A stretch of 64,000 bases of DNA from Patescibacteria group bacterium (GTDB lineage: Bacteria; Patescibacteriota; Minisyncoccia; UBA6257; 2-01-FULL-56-20), in contig JAGXBC010000004.1 of NCBI GenBank assembly GCA_018971305.1, forward strand, positions 4,028-68,027, given 5' to 3'. The translations under genes and the position numbers were made by a program. Below, piece after piece: positions 20,366 to 30,030 of the stretch. Numbering within the stretch: the stretch's first letter is position 1; the number at the start of each line of letters is the position of its first letter. The notes below the pieces were generated by a model. It worked only from the letters and a program-made list of their open reading frames with translations. It was not told the DNA's origin and ran no database searches.

Positions 20366-20502
20366 GCTCCTTTTCTTCCGGCTATTTGCTCCTTTTTAAT
20401 TGACAAGGAGCTTAGACAAGCCAAAAATGCCTCGGCTTGTCTAACCGAGGCATCCTTTAAAATAAGAAAAGAAATTGCCGATTTATGCCTTGGTTAGACA
20501 AG
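20366..20502 (-). promoter_or_regulatory. Transcription attenuator (terminator/antiterminator) in ABC exporter leader
   Basis: Terminator ATGCCTCGG-9nt-CCGAGGCATTTTT (20453-20423); upstream 18-mer (20502-20485) complementary at 17/18 to its 5' arm and loop. Confidence 0.8.
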
Positions 20503-20596
20503 AAACTTTCGTTTTTCCGCCCCAAAACATAAGGACGCGCGGAAAAGCGGCCCGGGAACGGGCGTTCAGAATCATTTTGTGGCCGTAATTCTTCAT
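20483..20596 (-). CDS. Putative leader peptide (37 aa)
   Basis: MKNYGHKMILNARSRAAFPRVLMFWGGKTKVSCLTKA*; last codons overlap the antiterminator strand; TTGACT/TAATAT promoter just upstream. Confidence 0.65.
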   Translation of the reverse strand: MKNYGHKMILNARSRAAFPRVLMFWGGKTKVSCLTKA

Positions 20597-20665
20597 AGCA
20601 AATTTATATTAACATATAACGACCTGTTTAGTCAATTGGTTACGCTGCTCGTACGAGGCCTGACT

Positions 20666-20881
20666 TTATTTTCCTATGTCTATAATTTTTTTCCTGCCTG
20701 TCGCGCCGGAAACAATACTCACCGCCGACCGCGAAACGCCAAAATGGCGGGCCAGCTTGCGAGCAATTTCGTCGTTCGCTTTCCCCTTCTCCGGCCGCGC
20801 CAAAACACCAACGGTTATTTGATTGCCGTTTACTTCCACAAAATCCTTGTGGAACTTTACGCTGACTTCGTAGCGCATCAC
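20666..20881 (-). CDS. DUF167 (YggU) family protein
   Basis: PEKGKAN..LARHFGV..IVSGATGRKK. Confidence 0.88.
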   Translation of the reverse strand: MMRYEVSVKFHKDFVEVNGNQITVGVLARPEKGKANDEIARKLARHFGVSRSAVSIVSGATGRKKIIDIGK

Positions 20882-21255
20882 TTATCTTTTTTCTCCAGCT
20901 CCAGACAAACCGAATTGATGCAATATCTTTTTCCGCCTTTTTCTTTGGGGCCGTCGTCAAAAACATGGCCCAAATGAGCTCCGCAATTTTTACAGACGAC
21001 TTCCGTGCGGCTCATACCATAGGTTTTATCTTCTTTAAGCTCAACATTCTTCAGGTTTGCCGGCTCGGTGAAACTCGGCCAGCCGGTACCGGAGTCAAAT
21101 TTAGTGTCCGAAGAAAAAAGCTCCGTGCCGCAGATGGCGCATTTATACATTCCTTTAGAATGCTCATTCCAATATTTTCCCGTGAACGCCGGCTCTGTTC
21201 CGCCTTCTCGCGCTACATGGCGCAACTCGGACGAAAGTTCTTCGTCTTTTTTCAT
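20878..21255 (-). CDS. msrB: Methionine-R-sulfoxide reductase
   Basis: GTEPAF, SGTGWPSF, HLGHVFDDGP, RYCINS. Confidence 0.97.
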   Translation of the reverse strand: MKKDEELSSELRHVAREGGTEPAFTGKYWNEHSKGMYKCAICGTELFSSDTKFDSGTGWPSFTEPANLKNVELKEDKTYGMSRTEVVCKNCGAHLGHVFDDGPKEKGGKRYCINSVCLELEKKDK

Positions 21256-21794
21256 TTTTCAGAATTTTTTAAAAGCTCGTGGAACTTTTCTTTAAGTTTA
21301 TCCATTTTGGGATTAATGACAATCTGGCAGTATGGCGCCGAGGTATTGTTCTTATAGTATTGTCTGTGATAATCTTCGGCATCATAAAAGTCACCAAGCG
21401 GTACAATTTCCGTGACTACTTTTGGGCCGGATTTATTAAGTTCTTTGATAAATGCTTCCGCCGATTTTTTCTGTTCATCTGTCGCATAGAAAATCGCCGA
21501 GCGATACTGGGTACCCGTATCCGCTCCCTGGCGGTTTAAAGTCGTGGGGTCATGCGTGGCAAAAAAAACCGTCAGCAAGTCGCTATAGGAAATCTTTTCC
21601 GGGTTGTATTCTATTTTAATCGCCTCAGCATGACCTGTTCTGCCGGTGCAGACTTGTTCGTAGGTTGGATTTTTTGTGGTGCCGCCAGTATATCCGGGCA
21701 TAACGGAAACAACGCCCTTCAGTTCTTCAAAAACCGCTTCTGTGCACCAAAAACAGCCTCCCGCGAAAACAGCTCTTTGAATTTCGTTTTCCAT
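21252..21794 (-). CDS. msrA: Methionine-S-sulfoxide reductase
   Basis: FAGGCFWC, TGHAE, AEDYHRQY; start placed at MENEIQ. Confidence 0.97.
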   Translation of the reverse strand: MENEIQRAVFAGGCFWCTEAVFEELKGVVSVMPGYTGGTTKNPTYEQVCTGRTGHAEAIKIEYNPEKISYSDLLTVFFATHDPTTLNRQGADTGTQYRSAIFYATDEQKKSAEAFIKELNKSGPKVVTEIVPLGDFYDAEDYHRQYYKNNTSAPYCQIVINPKMDKLKEKFHELLKNSEK

Positions 21795-21801
21795 AAAATT
21801 A

Positions 21802-23022
21802 TTAGCCGAAGGTAAAAGTATAGGCATCCAAACCAGGAGAATCAATAATAATTTCCAGCGTATGCTCGCTTGAACCATCGGAACACACGCCATTGGGAGA
21901 ACAATTGCCGCGATTATCTATTATATTGTATAACCTACTCTCCTGGATCGTAACTTTTCCGTTGTGAACATCGCTTCCCGCCGCGGCGGCAGAAACCGGT
22001 TGGCCGTCTTGAAAAATTTCTATCGTTGCACCTTTCGGAGCGTCGGCGACAAAATATACCCTGGCTGCGTTGTACTTATATATGATTTTGGTTCCAACTG
22101 CATTGTTAGTCGCATACTCATTCTGGAAATTCCAGCTGCCGGTAAGATACAAACTATTAAGACTTATATTTTGCGGCACCTGCAGATTCTGGCTGCCCGC
22201 AGTTCCCTGAACCCCGTTCGCGAGATACTGATTTCGGGCCGCGCCAAAATAAGTTTCGGGACTTAAAAATCCACCGGAGATATTGCTCTGCGGCACGGAA
22301 ACAGTTGATGTCAGCATCTCTCCTTGCGCAACGCCAAGAACCCTGCTCCGTTCAGCAAGTAATTTCTGTATCTCGGTCTCTGTTTCGCCGTAATTCCCTT
22401 CTCCTATCTGGTCGTGCACGATATAACCGGCAAGATCAATAAGATATTCGTGCGGCCAATATTGGTTGGAGTAAGCAGTCCAAGTTCCGTAGTCGCTGTC
22501 TAAAACAACCGGGTATTTAATTCCAAATTTCTCCGTCGCCGCTTTCACGTTGTCGTACCTTTTTTCAAAATCAAATTCCGGAGTATGAATTCCGACTATT
22601 TCCAATCCCTCGTCGCGATACCTTTGATACCAAGAATTAAGGTACGGAAGCGTGCGGATGCAGTTGATACAGCTATATGTCCAAAAGTCCAAAAGAATAA
22701 TTTTTTTGCCGATGAGGTTTTTTAGCAGGAACGAAGAACTGGCGTTTATAAAATCTGTCGGATTAGAGATCTCTATTGCCGGCTGATATCCAGCTTTTTT
22801 ATCTGCGGCGGCAATGTCAGAGATGTTCAGGCTGGGTTTTACCGCTGAATTTTTGCCGGAAGAGGCCAACACGTCAATAGAAGATGTAGCCGCATCTATG
22901 TTTAGCGCCTGAGAAGGATTGCTGTTATCGGTGGCACCAGGACGAGCCTTCGTACTTTCAATGTACCAAATGGAAACGATGATTAAGACCACAACGATTA
23001 TTAACGCTAAATTCTTTTTCAT
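21802..23022 (-). CDS. DipZ-like extracytoplasmic thioredoxin
   Basis: DFWTYSCINC, HTPEF, GEGNY, SPETY, YTFTFG. Confidence 0.9.
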   Translation of the reverse strand: MKKNLALIIVVVLIIVSIWYIESTKARPGATDNSNPSQALNIDAATSSIDVLASSGKNSAVKPSLNISDIAAADKKAGYQPAIEISNPTDFINASSSFLLKNLIGKKIILLDFWTYSCINCIRTLPYLNSWYQRYRDEGLEIVGIHTPEFDFEKRYDNVKAATEKFGIKYPVVLDSDYGTWTAYSNQYWPHEYLIDLAGYIVHDQIGEGNYGETETEIQKLLAERSRVLGVAQGEMLTSTVSVPQSNISGGFLSPETYFGAARNQYLANGVQGTAGSQNLQVPQNISLNSLYLTGSWNFQNEYATNNAVGTKIIYKYNAARVYFVADAPKGATIEIFQDGQPVSAAAAGSDVHNGKVTIQESRLYNIIDNRGNCSPNGVCSDGSSEHTLEIIIDSPGLDAYTFTFG

Positions 23023-23024
23023 TT

Positions 23025-23744
23025 TTATAAATTATGATTTAAAAGAAAATTATTTACGAAATCAAAATTAGCAACCAGCTGAAGGCTTTGCGTAAACACG
23101 AGCACGCCGAGGACAACGAGAACCGCTCCGAACACTTTTGTTACGTATTCAAGTTTATCGGCATAACGATTAATAAAGGATGATGCCCGGGCGGCAAGAG
23201 CTCCGACAACAAGAAACGGAATCCCTAATCCTATCGCGTAAGACAGCAAAAGATAGAAGGCCTCTCCCGGAGCTGAGGCCGCCAATCCTAAAATCCCACC
23301 AAGAATAGGACCGACGCACGGCGTCCAGCCGGCGGCGAAAGCGAAACCGAACGCGAGCGAAGTAAGATAACGCGAACGAAAACCGAAACCAACGCGCATT
23401 TTATGGTCAAACTCCAAAAAAGAGATTTTGAAAAATCCCATTAAATATAGTCCGAAGAAAATAATTAGCGCCCCGCCGATGCGCGCCAGCCAATCCTGCA
23501 CCGCGTAAGCGGCATGGGAGAGAACGCTATTCAGAAGTACGCCAAGAATGGCGAAGACAACCGAGAACCCGATTACAAAAAATAAACTGTTCAAAAAAAT
23601 AGCGGAGCGAGACGACTTAGAAGCGCCCGATGAAGATTCGCCGGCAAGATAGGCCAAAAATCCTGGGATGATAGGCAAAACACACGGCGACAAAAAAGAA
23701 ACTATTCCTGCCACAAATGCGACGACTATGGGAATATTGAGCAT
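23025..23744 (-). CDS. ccdA: CcdA/DsbD transmembrane electron transporter
   Basis: SFLSPCVLP and GWTPCVGP. Confidence 0.93.
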   Translation of the reverse strand: MLNIPIVVAFVAGIVSFLSPCVLPIIPGFLAYLAGESSSGASKSSRSAIFLNSLFFVIGFSVVFAILGVLLNSVLSHAAYAVQDWLARIGGALIIFFGLYLMGFFKISFLEFDHKMRVGFGFRSRYLTSLAFGFAFAAGWTPCVGPILGGILGLAASAPGEAFYLLLSYAIGLGIPFLVVGALAARASSFINRYADKLEYVTKVFGAVLVVLGVLVFTQSLQLVANFDFVNNFLLNHNL

Positions 23745-23826
23745 TTGATTATTATAAAGAATAATCCGGTATTGGGAAAATCATGAGAATACTAGATAAA
23801 TGTGATGTTACCGAAAACTAGAATAT

Positions 23827-24423
23827 TTATCGGCGGTATTTTGCCGTAATCCTATTATGAATCCTTACTAAAACGAAAATTACTATGCTAACCGCTATCA
23901 CGCCCGCGAAAATACTTAAATATCCGGAAAAATTATTCCAATAATTGCCTGCGGTATAGCCGATAAATAAAGCCGCGGCAGGCTCAATTAAATTTCCCAG
24001 TAAATCATAAACGATAAACGTTCTGAATGGCACGCGCACAAGTCCCGATAAGAGCGAAGCTATGGGACTCAAAGAACCGGCAAAACGCGTTATAAACACA
24101 GTGACTGCAGCATCAACAACCAACTCTTCTTTAAGCCTAAGAAAAAAACGGCTCTCCCCCATGCCCAACCAATGAATAATATCTTCGCCGTATTTCCTCG
24201 TGATGCTATAATCGAACAAATCTCCAAGAGTATTGGCGATGACAGCAACCGTTAAGGATAACCAGATGTTAAAATGCCCCTGGAAAGAAAGTGCGCCTAT
24301 GGCTAAAAGCATTGCGTTTCCAGGCAACGGGAGAATCACTGCAGCGAAAAAAACAAATGCGAAAAGCGCCGCATATCTATAGATAAGGATATAAGAAATG
24401 AATGAGCCGAGTAGCGTCTCCAT
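23827..24423 (-). CDS. DedA family membrane protein
   Basis: PLPG..LGD..Y..TRF pattern. Confidence 0.88.
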   Translation of the reverse strand: METLLGSFISYILIYRYAALFAFVFFAAVILPLPGNAMLLAIGALSFQGHFNIWLSLTVAVIANTLGDLFDYSITRKYGEDIIHWLGMGESRFFLRLKEELVVDAAVTVFITRFAGSLSPIASLLSGLVRVPFRTFIVYDLLGNLIEPAAALFIGYTAGNYWNNFSGYLSIFAGVIAVSIVIFVLVRIHNRITAKYRR

Positions 24424-24492
24424 CGCGGTTGATTATTTTATCTTTGCAACTATAATATCCGGCATTAGCTCAGCCGCAGAATAATGGCACAC

Positions 24493-24915
24493 TCAAGCAA
24501 TCGGACTATTTTTAATAAGGGTAAGGGCAATAGCAGAAAAAATGAAAATTAAAATATAAAAAATAAGTCCGTAAGCACAGGTTGAAAGCCCGAGAGTCCC
24601 TGTAACGCGCGACTGCATAATCTCTTGGACGGTAAAACTGCCGGAAAAAATTATTCCCAAAAAAGATACGGCGAGATCTGTCTTGATCGCTTTCCTAACA
24701 GATATCTTTCCGAAAAATACCAGCGAGGTGACCATGAACATCAGGACATACATTCCGAAACCGTACCAGCAGGAAGGATATCCCAAAAAATACGGGCAGG
24801 ATTCGTTGAAGGCGCAAGTACCGCTGAAGATTTTTACCCCGCTCAGATAACCGGAGAAAATGAGTCCGGCAGAGATGAGGACAAGAATTTTTTTTGTCAG
24901 GTTTTTTGTGTTCAT
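24493..24915 (-). CDS. VKOR-like membrane protein
   Basis: Four TMs; TCAFNESC loop, LGYPSCWYG, STCAYG. Confidence 0.55.
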   Translation of the reverse strand: MNTKNLTKKILVLISAGLIFSGYLSGVKIFSGTCAFNESCPYFLGYPSCWYGFGMYVLMFMVTSLVFFGKISVRKAIKTDLAVSFLGIIFSGSFTVQEIMQSRVTGTLGLSTCAYGLIFYILIFIFSAIALTLIKNSPIA

Positions 24916-24944
24916 ATCTCAAAATTATATAACTGCTTTAAAAA

Positions 24945-26381
24945 TTATTGCGTTTTAATAATATTTATATAACTTCTCGTTTTAGGACCAAAGTAACCTG
25001 CCGGCGGATCAATACCAACGCTCCCCTGGTATTCGGAGAGAGCTTTCTGAGTCAATAATCCGAAGTAACCGGTGTTTCCGGCTACACCCAGATTGCGTGC
25101 CGCTGAACCTATATCCTGACCCACAAGAAATTTCTGCAATTCCGCCACGTCAGCTCCAGACGAACCAAGTGTCAGATTTCGGGAAAATCCAGACACAGAA
25201 GGGCTCGGCTGAACTACTGCCGAACCCGAATCTGTGCTACTGGTGGCATTTACGCTTGTCGCCGCCGCAGAAGAAAGTTGTTTCTCCTGAACTTGTGCCA
25301 TTAACTGCTGCAGAAGTGCCGTAAGGCTTTGTATTTGTTCCTGCAGTGAGGCCGAATCGGCCTGAGGAGAAGATGACGACGAAGAAGTTGTTGATATGGA
25401 CGTTGTCGTTGACAAATCAGTAGCAGAGGTTTGCGCCGAAGAAGTCGCGCCAGACATGGGCACAACAGAATTAGTAAAAGCAGCTGGTCCGTTTCCGGAA
25501 ACATTTATCGCGCTGACACTAAATAAATAAGACACGCCATTCGTCAAACCGTCGATAATCGCCGAAAGAGTGCTGCTGCCCACCGTAAGAGAACTGGAGG
25601 CGCTTGATGTAACAATGTATCCTGTAAGGCTTCCTATATTTACATAGGCCGGCGACCAACTCACCGTGACCTGGCCATCACCGGCAATCGCTTTCACGCT
25701 TTGAGGAGCGGATGGCAGAGGCGGTATTATTGTAAAAACATGCTGCGACGGATTTCCTGTGCCGGCGGAATTAATAGCATAAACACGGTAGTCATAAGTT
25801 ACTCCCGGAATAAGATTGGTGTCGGTGTAGGCAGTATCGGCGGAATTGGTATTAGACACGATCGTTCCGCCATTGCGCTCCACCCTGTATCCGGTAACGG
25901 AATCCGTGCTTAAGGCGGCACTCCAGGATAATTCTATTTTTGAGATGGATATAGGAATTGCAGAGAGGTTCTGCGGAATATTTGGAAGATATGCAATAGC
26001 AGGGGCTGGATAAGTAGCGGCATATGCTTGATTTGCAGAAACGGGACCGGTACCATCAGAGTTAATCGCTGATATTCTGTAACTATAAGTTGTACCGGGG
26101 GCGAGATTGGTATCCTGATAACTCACAACCGAACCCGTATCCGCGACTATAGTAGTGAAACCGCCCCCAACAGGAGACTCTCTTTCAATTTTGTATCCGG
26201 TTACTGCTGGATCAGCGATAACGCCAGGCCAAGACAGATCAATTTCCGAAGAATTTATAACATTCAAAGTGATAACGCCAGGAGCATATGTAGGCGTAGC
26301 CGCATAGGCGCTCAATAACGGAAAGGCGATAAAAAACGCCGGTAAAAAAACAAATAATAAAATTTTGTCGTCTAATTTCAT
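24945..26381 (-). CDS. Secreted fibronectin type III protein with peptidoglycan-binding domain
   Basis: Three FN3 repeats (LSW..GY..Y.YR..AIN..G.G); C-terminal GSSGADV..LQ.FL..GYFG. Confidence 0.88.
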   Translation of the reverse strand: MKLDDKILLFVFLPAFFIAFPLLSAYAATPTYAPGVITLNVINSSEIDLSWPGVIADPAVTGYKIERESPVGGGFTTIVADTGSVVSYQDTNLAPGTTYSYRISAINSDGTGPVSANQAYAATYPAPAIAYLPNIPQNLSAIPISISKIELSWSAALSTDSVTGYRVERNGGTIVSNTNSADTAYTDTNLIPGVTYDYRVYAINSAGTGNPSQHVFTIIPPLPSAPQSVKAIAGDGQVTVSWSPAYVNIGSLTGYIVTSSASSSLTVGSSTLSAIIDGLTNGVSYLFSVSAINVSGNGPAAFTNSVVPMSGATSSAQTSATDLSTTTSISTTSSSSSSPQADSASLQEQIQSLTALLQQLMAQVQEKQLSSAAATSVNATSSTDSGSAVVQPSPSVSGFSRNLTLGSSGADVAELQKFLVGQDIGSAARNLGVAGNTGYFGLLTQKALSEYQGSVGIDPPAGYFGPKTRSYINIIKTQ

Positions 26382-26430
26382 CTTTTTTATATTCTATAAT
26401 TCTAACATAATGTTTGAAGATATTTTTTCT

Positions 26431-26464
26431 ATCTAAAAATCCCGCCTAAGCGGGATTTTTAGAT
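26431..26464. terminator. Hairpin terminator
   Basis: atctaaaaatcccgc-ctaa-gcgggatttttagat. Confidence 0.8.
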
Positions 26465-26480
26465 ACCATATTTTTTTATC

Positions 26481-27662
26481 TTAGAAATTTACCGTAAGCG
26501 GGCTGCCTAAACCAGTTACATAATCATAAGCATTCTGCGCAGTACAATATAATCCGCAACTTCCATTGGAACCTACGGTAATATCCCTGAAATCTGCGGA
26601 GTAACTAGCCGGCACGGAAGCGTCAGCGTATAATCGGGAATTTGTCGCCGTGGCACCAAGAGCACGAATTGCAGCCCACTGAGGAGCACCGGCAGACGTG
26701 CCACCGACAACAAACCATCCCTTTATTCCGTTATAGCCAAAACTGTCGTAAACGGACACGCCGGAATTGGGGTCGGCATCATAAGACACATCCGGCACTG
26801 CACGGAAATTATTGGCGTTCGGAACTCCGTAAGCAGACTGATAATTCGGTTCATGTTCGTAAGCGCTCAATCCTCCACCGCTTCCGTTCCAAGCAGTTTC
26901 AGAAACTAAATTTCCGTTGATATCCAGGTTCAAAGTTGTGCCACCTACGCTTGTTACATTAGAAGAAACCGCCGGCCACTGAACGCCGCTGCCCGAATCT
27001 CCAGAAGAGGCGAAAAATGCAGCGCCAGAATTTGACGTGAAATGGGAATCGTAAGATGATTCTCCGGAAAATTCATTGCTACCCCAACTCATAGAAACAG
27101 CCACCACGTCAGATCTATTTCTCGCATAATCCACGGCAGCTAAAAGATCGTTGCCACTTGAGGATTTTGCTTCCACTAAAAGTATTTTCGCTCCCGGAGC
27201 GATGGCGTGTGCCCATTGCGTGTCTAATGCAGATTCCAAAAGCCAACCGCTGTTTGTCCGAAGCTTTGGCGCCATCACATGCTTTTCAAAACATCCATTA
27301 GCGGTAGTACAAGCCGTAAGGCCAAACTGGGCGCTAAAAGTATTCAAGTCGCTTTCCGCGTTCGGGTTATCGTAAGCATCAACTATCGCAATAGTTCCCG
27401 AACCGCTTCCAGAGTAATAAAGCTGATAAAATGATTTTATTTGACTCGGAGATAAGCCCTTAGGCGAAGTATTAATAGAACCACCTCCTCCGCTGCCGCC
27501 ATGGCCGTTGGAACCATCTCCTCCTTTTAGATGAATAGGCGGATGCGCCTCAAAACCGTCCAGCGGTTGACGCGCCGAGGCAAATCCCGCGAAACCGAAA
27601 TATGCTACTACGGAAACTGCAAGCACAAACACATACACACTCGCTATAATTTTATTTTTCAT
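26481..27662 (-). CDS. S53 (sedolisin/kumamolisin) family peptidase, secreted
   Basis: ESALD, SSGDSG, GGTSAGAP, YDYVTGLGSP. Confidence 0.92.
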   Translation of the reverse strand: MKNKIIASVYVFVLAVSVVAYFGFAGFASARQPLDGFEAHPPIHLKGGDGSNGHGGSGGGGSINTSPKGLSPSQIKSFYQLYYSGSGSGTIAIVDAYDNPNAESDLNTFSAQFGLTACTTANGCFEKHVMAPKLRTNSGWLLESALDTQWAHAIAPGAKILLVEAKSSSGNDLLAAVDYARNRSDVVAVSMSWGSNEFSGESSYDSHFTSNSGAAFFASSGDSGSGVQWPAVSSNVTSVGGTTLNLDINGNLVSETAWNGSGGGLSAYEHEPNYQSAYGVPNANNFRAVPDVSYDADPNSGVSVYDSFGYNGIKGWFVVGGTSAGAPQWAAIRALGATATNSRLYADASVPASYSADFRDITVGSNGSCGLYCTAQNAYDYVTGLGSPLTVNF

Positions 27663-27783
27663 TTTGTAATGATATTTTATATATATTTAGATAATAGTAT
27701 AGCATTTTTATTCTGGCAAATCCAAATAAGAAAGATGGCCCCTAAAATAAAATTCCCCCGCAGCCGAACGTCTGGGGGGGGAT

Positions 27784-28860
27784 TTAATTTGTTGGAGCAT
27801 AGTAACCGCTCCTGAATTTAGGTGTTATGGCTTGTTGATTCAGGGTCTTGGGTAAATCTTTTAGCTTAACCTTGAGGCGCCGCCATTTGCCGTCTCTAAC
27901 CAAATTTGACGGCCTATAGCTTATCACATACTGATTGCGGATATCAAAAGAGATATTATCCGCAACATCCATCAATTCCTTCTCGTTTAAATTATCATTA
28001 GAATCACCTTCCACGGAAAACATCCGTCCGCCTGAAATATCAGAAAATTCTGAGAGCAGATCTGGTCCGTTCGCCTCTTCCATACTCCTGTTGCGCAGGC
28101 CAGGTGGCTCTAAAATGCCAATACAATAAACTTGTACATCGGCTTCCTGCAGAAACCTTTTCACATCTTTTTTTGTATACCTACTATGATTATCGCCGCC
28201 ATCCGATATCACAATCAAATCCTTGTGATTTAATGTGGCTCCGGTTTTCAACGTCTCTAATCCAAGATATATTGCGTCCAGAAGAGCTGTTTTACCTTCT
28301 GCCTTCTGTATTGATAGCAGAGAATCTTCCAGCCGCTGGGTATTAGACACCGGACCAACAACGACATCTGGTTTTTCATTGAACACGATTAGTGTATATT
28401 CGTCCTGAGGATTGGATTCCTTTACGATTTTACGAATTGCCTCAATAGAAAGCGGCAGCTTATATCCCAACGAACCGCTATAATCAAGAACTATGCAGAT
28501 TGAGGCCGGATCTTCATCAGTAAAAAATCCTAAAATCTTTTGTTTGACACCATCATCAAAGACCTCGAAATTATCCGGCCTTAATCCGGTTACTAATCCG
28601 TTTTTATCGTTGACCACAGAAACCCTGAGCTGGACCTCGTCTACCGTTACCTGCATCGGTGGGGCGTGGATGATTTTCTGGGCCACCTTAAAAGTAGTGG
28701 TTGCTGCTTTATTGATAGGAGTTATAGCTTTCTCCAGTAATGATTTATCTTTCTTGTCGGAATTTTCCGCCTTGGTTTCCTGTGCAAAAAGAGAAACCGA
28801 GAAGAAAACATACCACAATACAAATAAAGACAGCAACTCTTTCGGCGCTTTCTTTTTCAT
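27784..28860 (-). CDS. VWA domain protein, Acidobacterial VWFA-related type
   Basis: V.L.VSV..K..LVTGL...F.VFDDG..Q; DYSGS MIDAS; TALLDAI; ISDGGDN.S; RNQYVISY.P....DGKWRRL.V. Confidence 0.9.
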   Translation of the reverse strand: MKKKAPKELLSLFVLWYVFFSVSLFAQETKAENSDKKDKSLLEKAITPINKAATTTFKVAQKIIHAPPMQVTVDEVQLRVSVVNDKNGLVTGLRPDNFEVFDDGVKQKILGFFTDEDPASICIVLDYSGSLGYKLPLSIEAIRKIVKESNPQDEYTLIVFNEKPDVVVGPVSNTQRLEDSLLSIQKAEGKTALLDAIYLGLETLKTGATLNHKDLIVISDGGDNHSRYTKKDVKRFLQEADVQVYCIGILEPPGLRNRSMEEANGPDLLSEFSDISGGRMFSVEGDSNDNLNEKELMDVADNISFDIRNQYVISYRPSNLVRDGKWRRLKVKLKDLPKTLNQQAITPKFRSGYYAPTN

Positions 28861-29107
28861 GTCGGTTCCTCCTTTGCTATTTGATTTTCAAAAAAGGGCT
28901 ATTCCTAATGAAGTTTAGGAAAACCATTCCTTCGCGCCTCTCACACGGACCTGTCGCCCATAAGATTGGCGCCGCTTTTAGGAATAGAGTCGAAACTCCG
29001 TTAGGAATTGCCCTTTTCTTTCTTTCTGCGGCTTATCTATTCTAAGAGTAACATTAACACACCTGTCCGAAAAAAGTCAATCTTGTCCTCCCGGCAATTT
29101 TGATGAT

Positions 29108-30016
29108 CTAATTCTTCAGATATCTCCTTACTGCCACCAAACTGGATAACGTTCCGATACCAACCCCAAAAATTAACTGATATAGAAAAAGTTTGCCTAA
29201 ATTTTCATAAAAATATTGGAAAACGTCCAATCCGGGTATAAAAACTTTGAGATAAGGTGAAACAAAATAAATTATAGGAGCAGCGATTATCATACTCAAC
29301 ACCGCTGCCAAAATCCCAGAGATTATTCCCTCAACCACCAATGGTCCGCGAACGAAACTATTGGAAGCGCCAACTACGCGCATGACTCCTATCTCTTCTC
29401 TGCCGGAATAAATAGCCAGGCGAATAGTATTGAAAACCACGAGTCCAGCCACAAGCGCAAGAACAATCGTCAAAACCCAGCCACCGCGGTTTACGCCCTT
29501 CACAATGGCCGTGAGGCGATCTATAACGACCTGATTCTTTGCATAACTTACAGAGTCAATATATTGAGACAAATTGGGCGCGTCTAAATAATTGGCTATA
29601 TCCGCATACTGGTCGGGCTGCTGGGCTTTGATGTTAAGAGATGCCTCAAGCGGGTTGCTATTCAACTCATTTATCCCCTGGCTGATAGTCGCATCATCCT
29701 TGTGCGCCTCCTTAAAAATTGACAAGGCCTGATCGCTGGAAATATATTCAACGCTTTTGACCTCGGATAAATTTTCCAGTGATTGTTTAACATTTAAAAC
29801 CTGGTCTTCCGAAGTTGTTGTTTTAAAATAAACACTAATATCTATCTTGTCTTGTATGGAAGAAGCAGCATGGTCAGCGACAACTCCGAATATAATCAAT
29901 CCGACAAAAACCAAAAGAGCCAAAATCATAATGGCTACCGTAGCCGCGGAAAGCCAGCCGTGCCGCCAAAAATTCTTGAAACCAAAATGGGTTATACGCG
30001 AAAGAACTGTGAACAT
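29108..30016 (-). CDS. ftsX: Cell division permease FtsX
   Basis: NTIRLAIY..REEI.VM..VGA...FVRGP; downstream of ftsE. Confidence 0.93.
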   Translation of the reverse strand: MFTVLSRITHFGFKNFWRHGWLSAATVAIMILALLVFVGLIIFGVVADHAASSIQDKIDISVYFKTTTSEDQVLNVKQSLENLSEVKSVEYISSDQALSIFKEAHKDDATISQGINELNSNPLEASLNIKAQQPDQYADIANYLDAPNLSQYIDSVSYAKNQVVIDRLTAIVKGVNRGGWVLTIVLALVAGLVVFNTIRLAIYSGREEIGVMRVVGASNSFVRGPLVVEGIISGILAAVLSMIIAAPIIYFVSPYLKVFIPGLDVFQYFYENLGKLFLYQLIFGVGIGTLSSLVAVRRYLKN

Positions 30017-30030
30017 TCTATTTAGTTATA

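Noticed and set aside
28990-29025. c-di-GMP-I riboswitch (AAGGGCAA start)
   Set aside because: Lacks the GAAA-loop P2 and GCAAA junction; kept only as an unknown structure.
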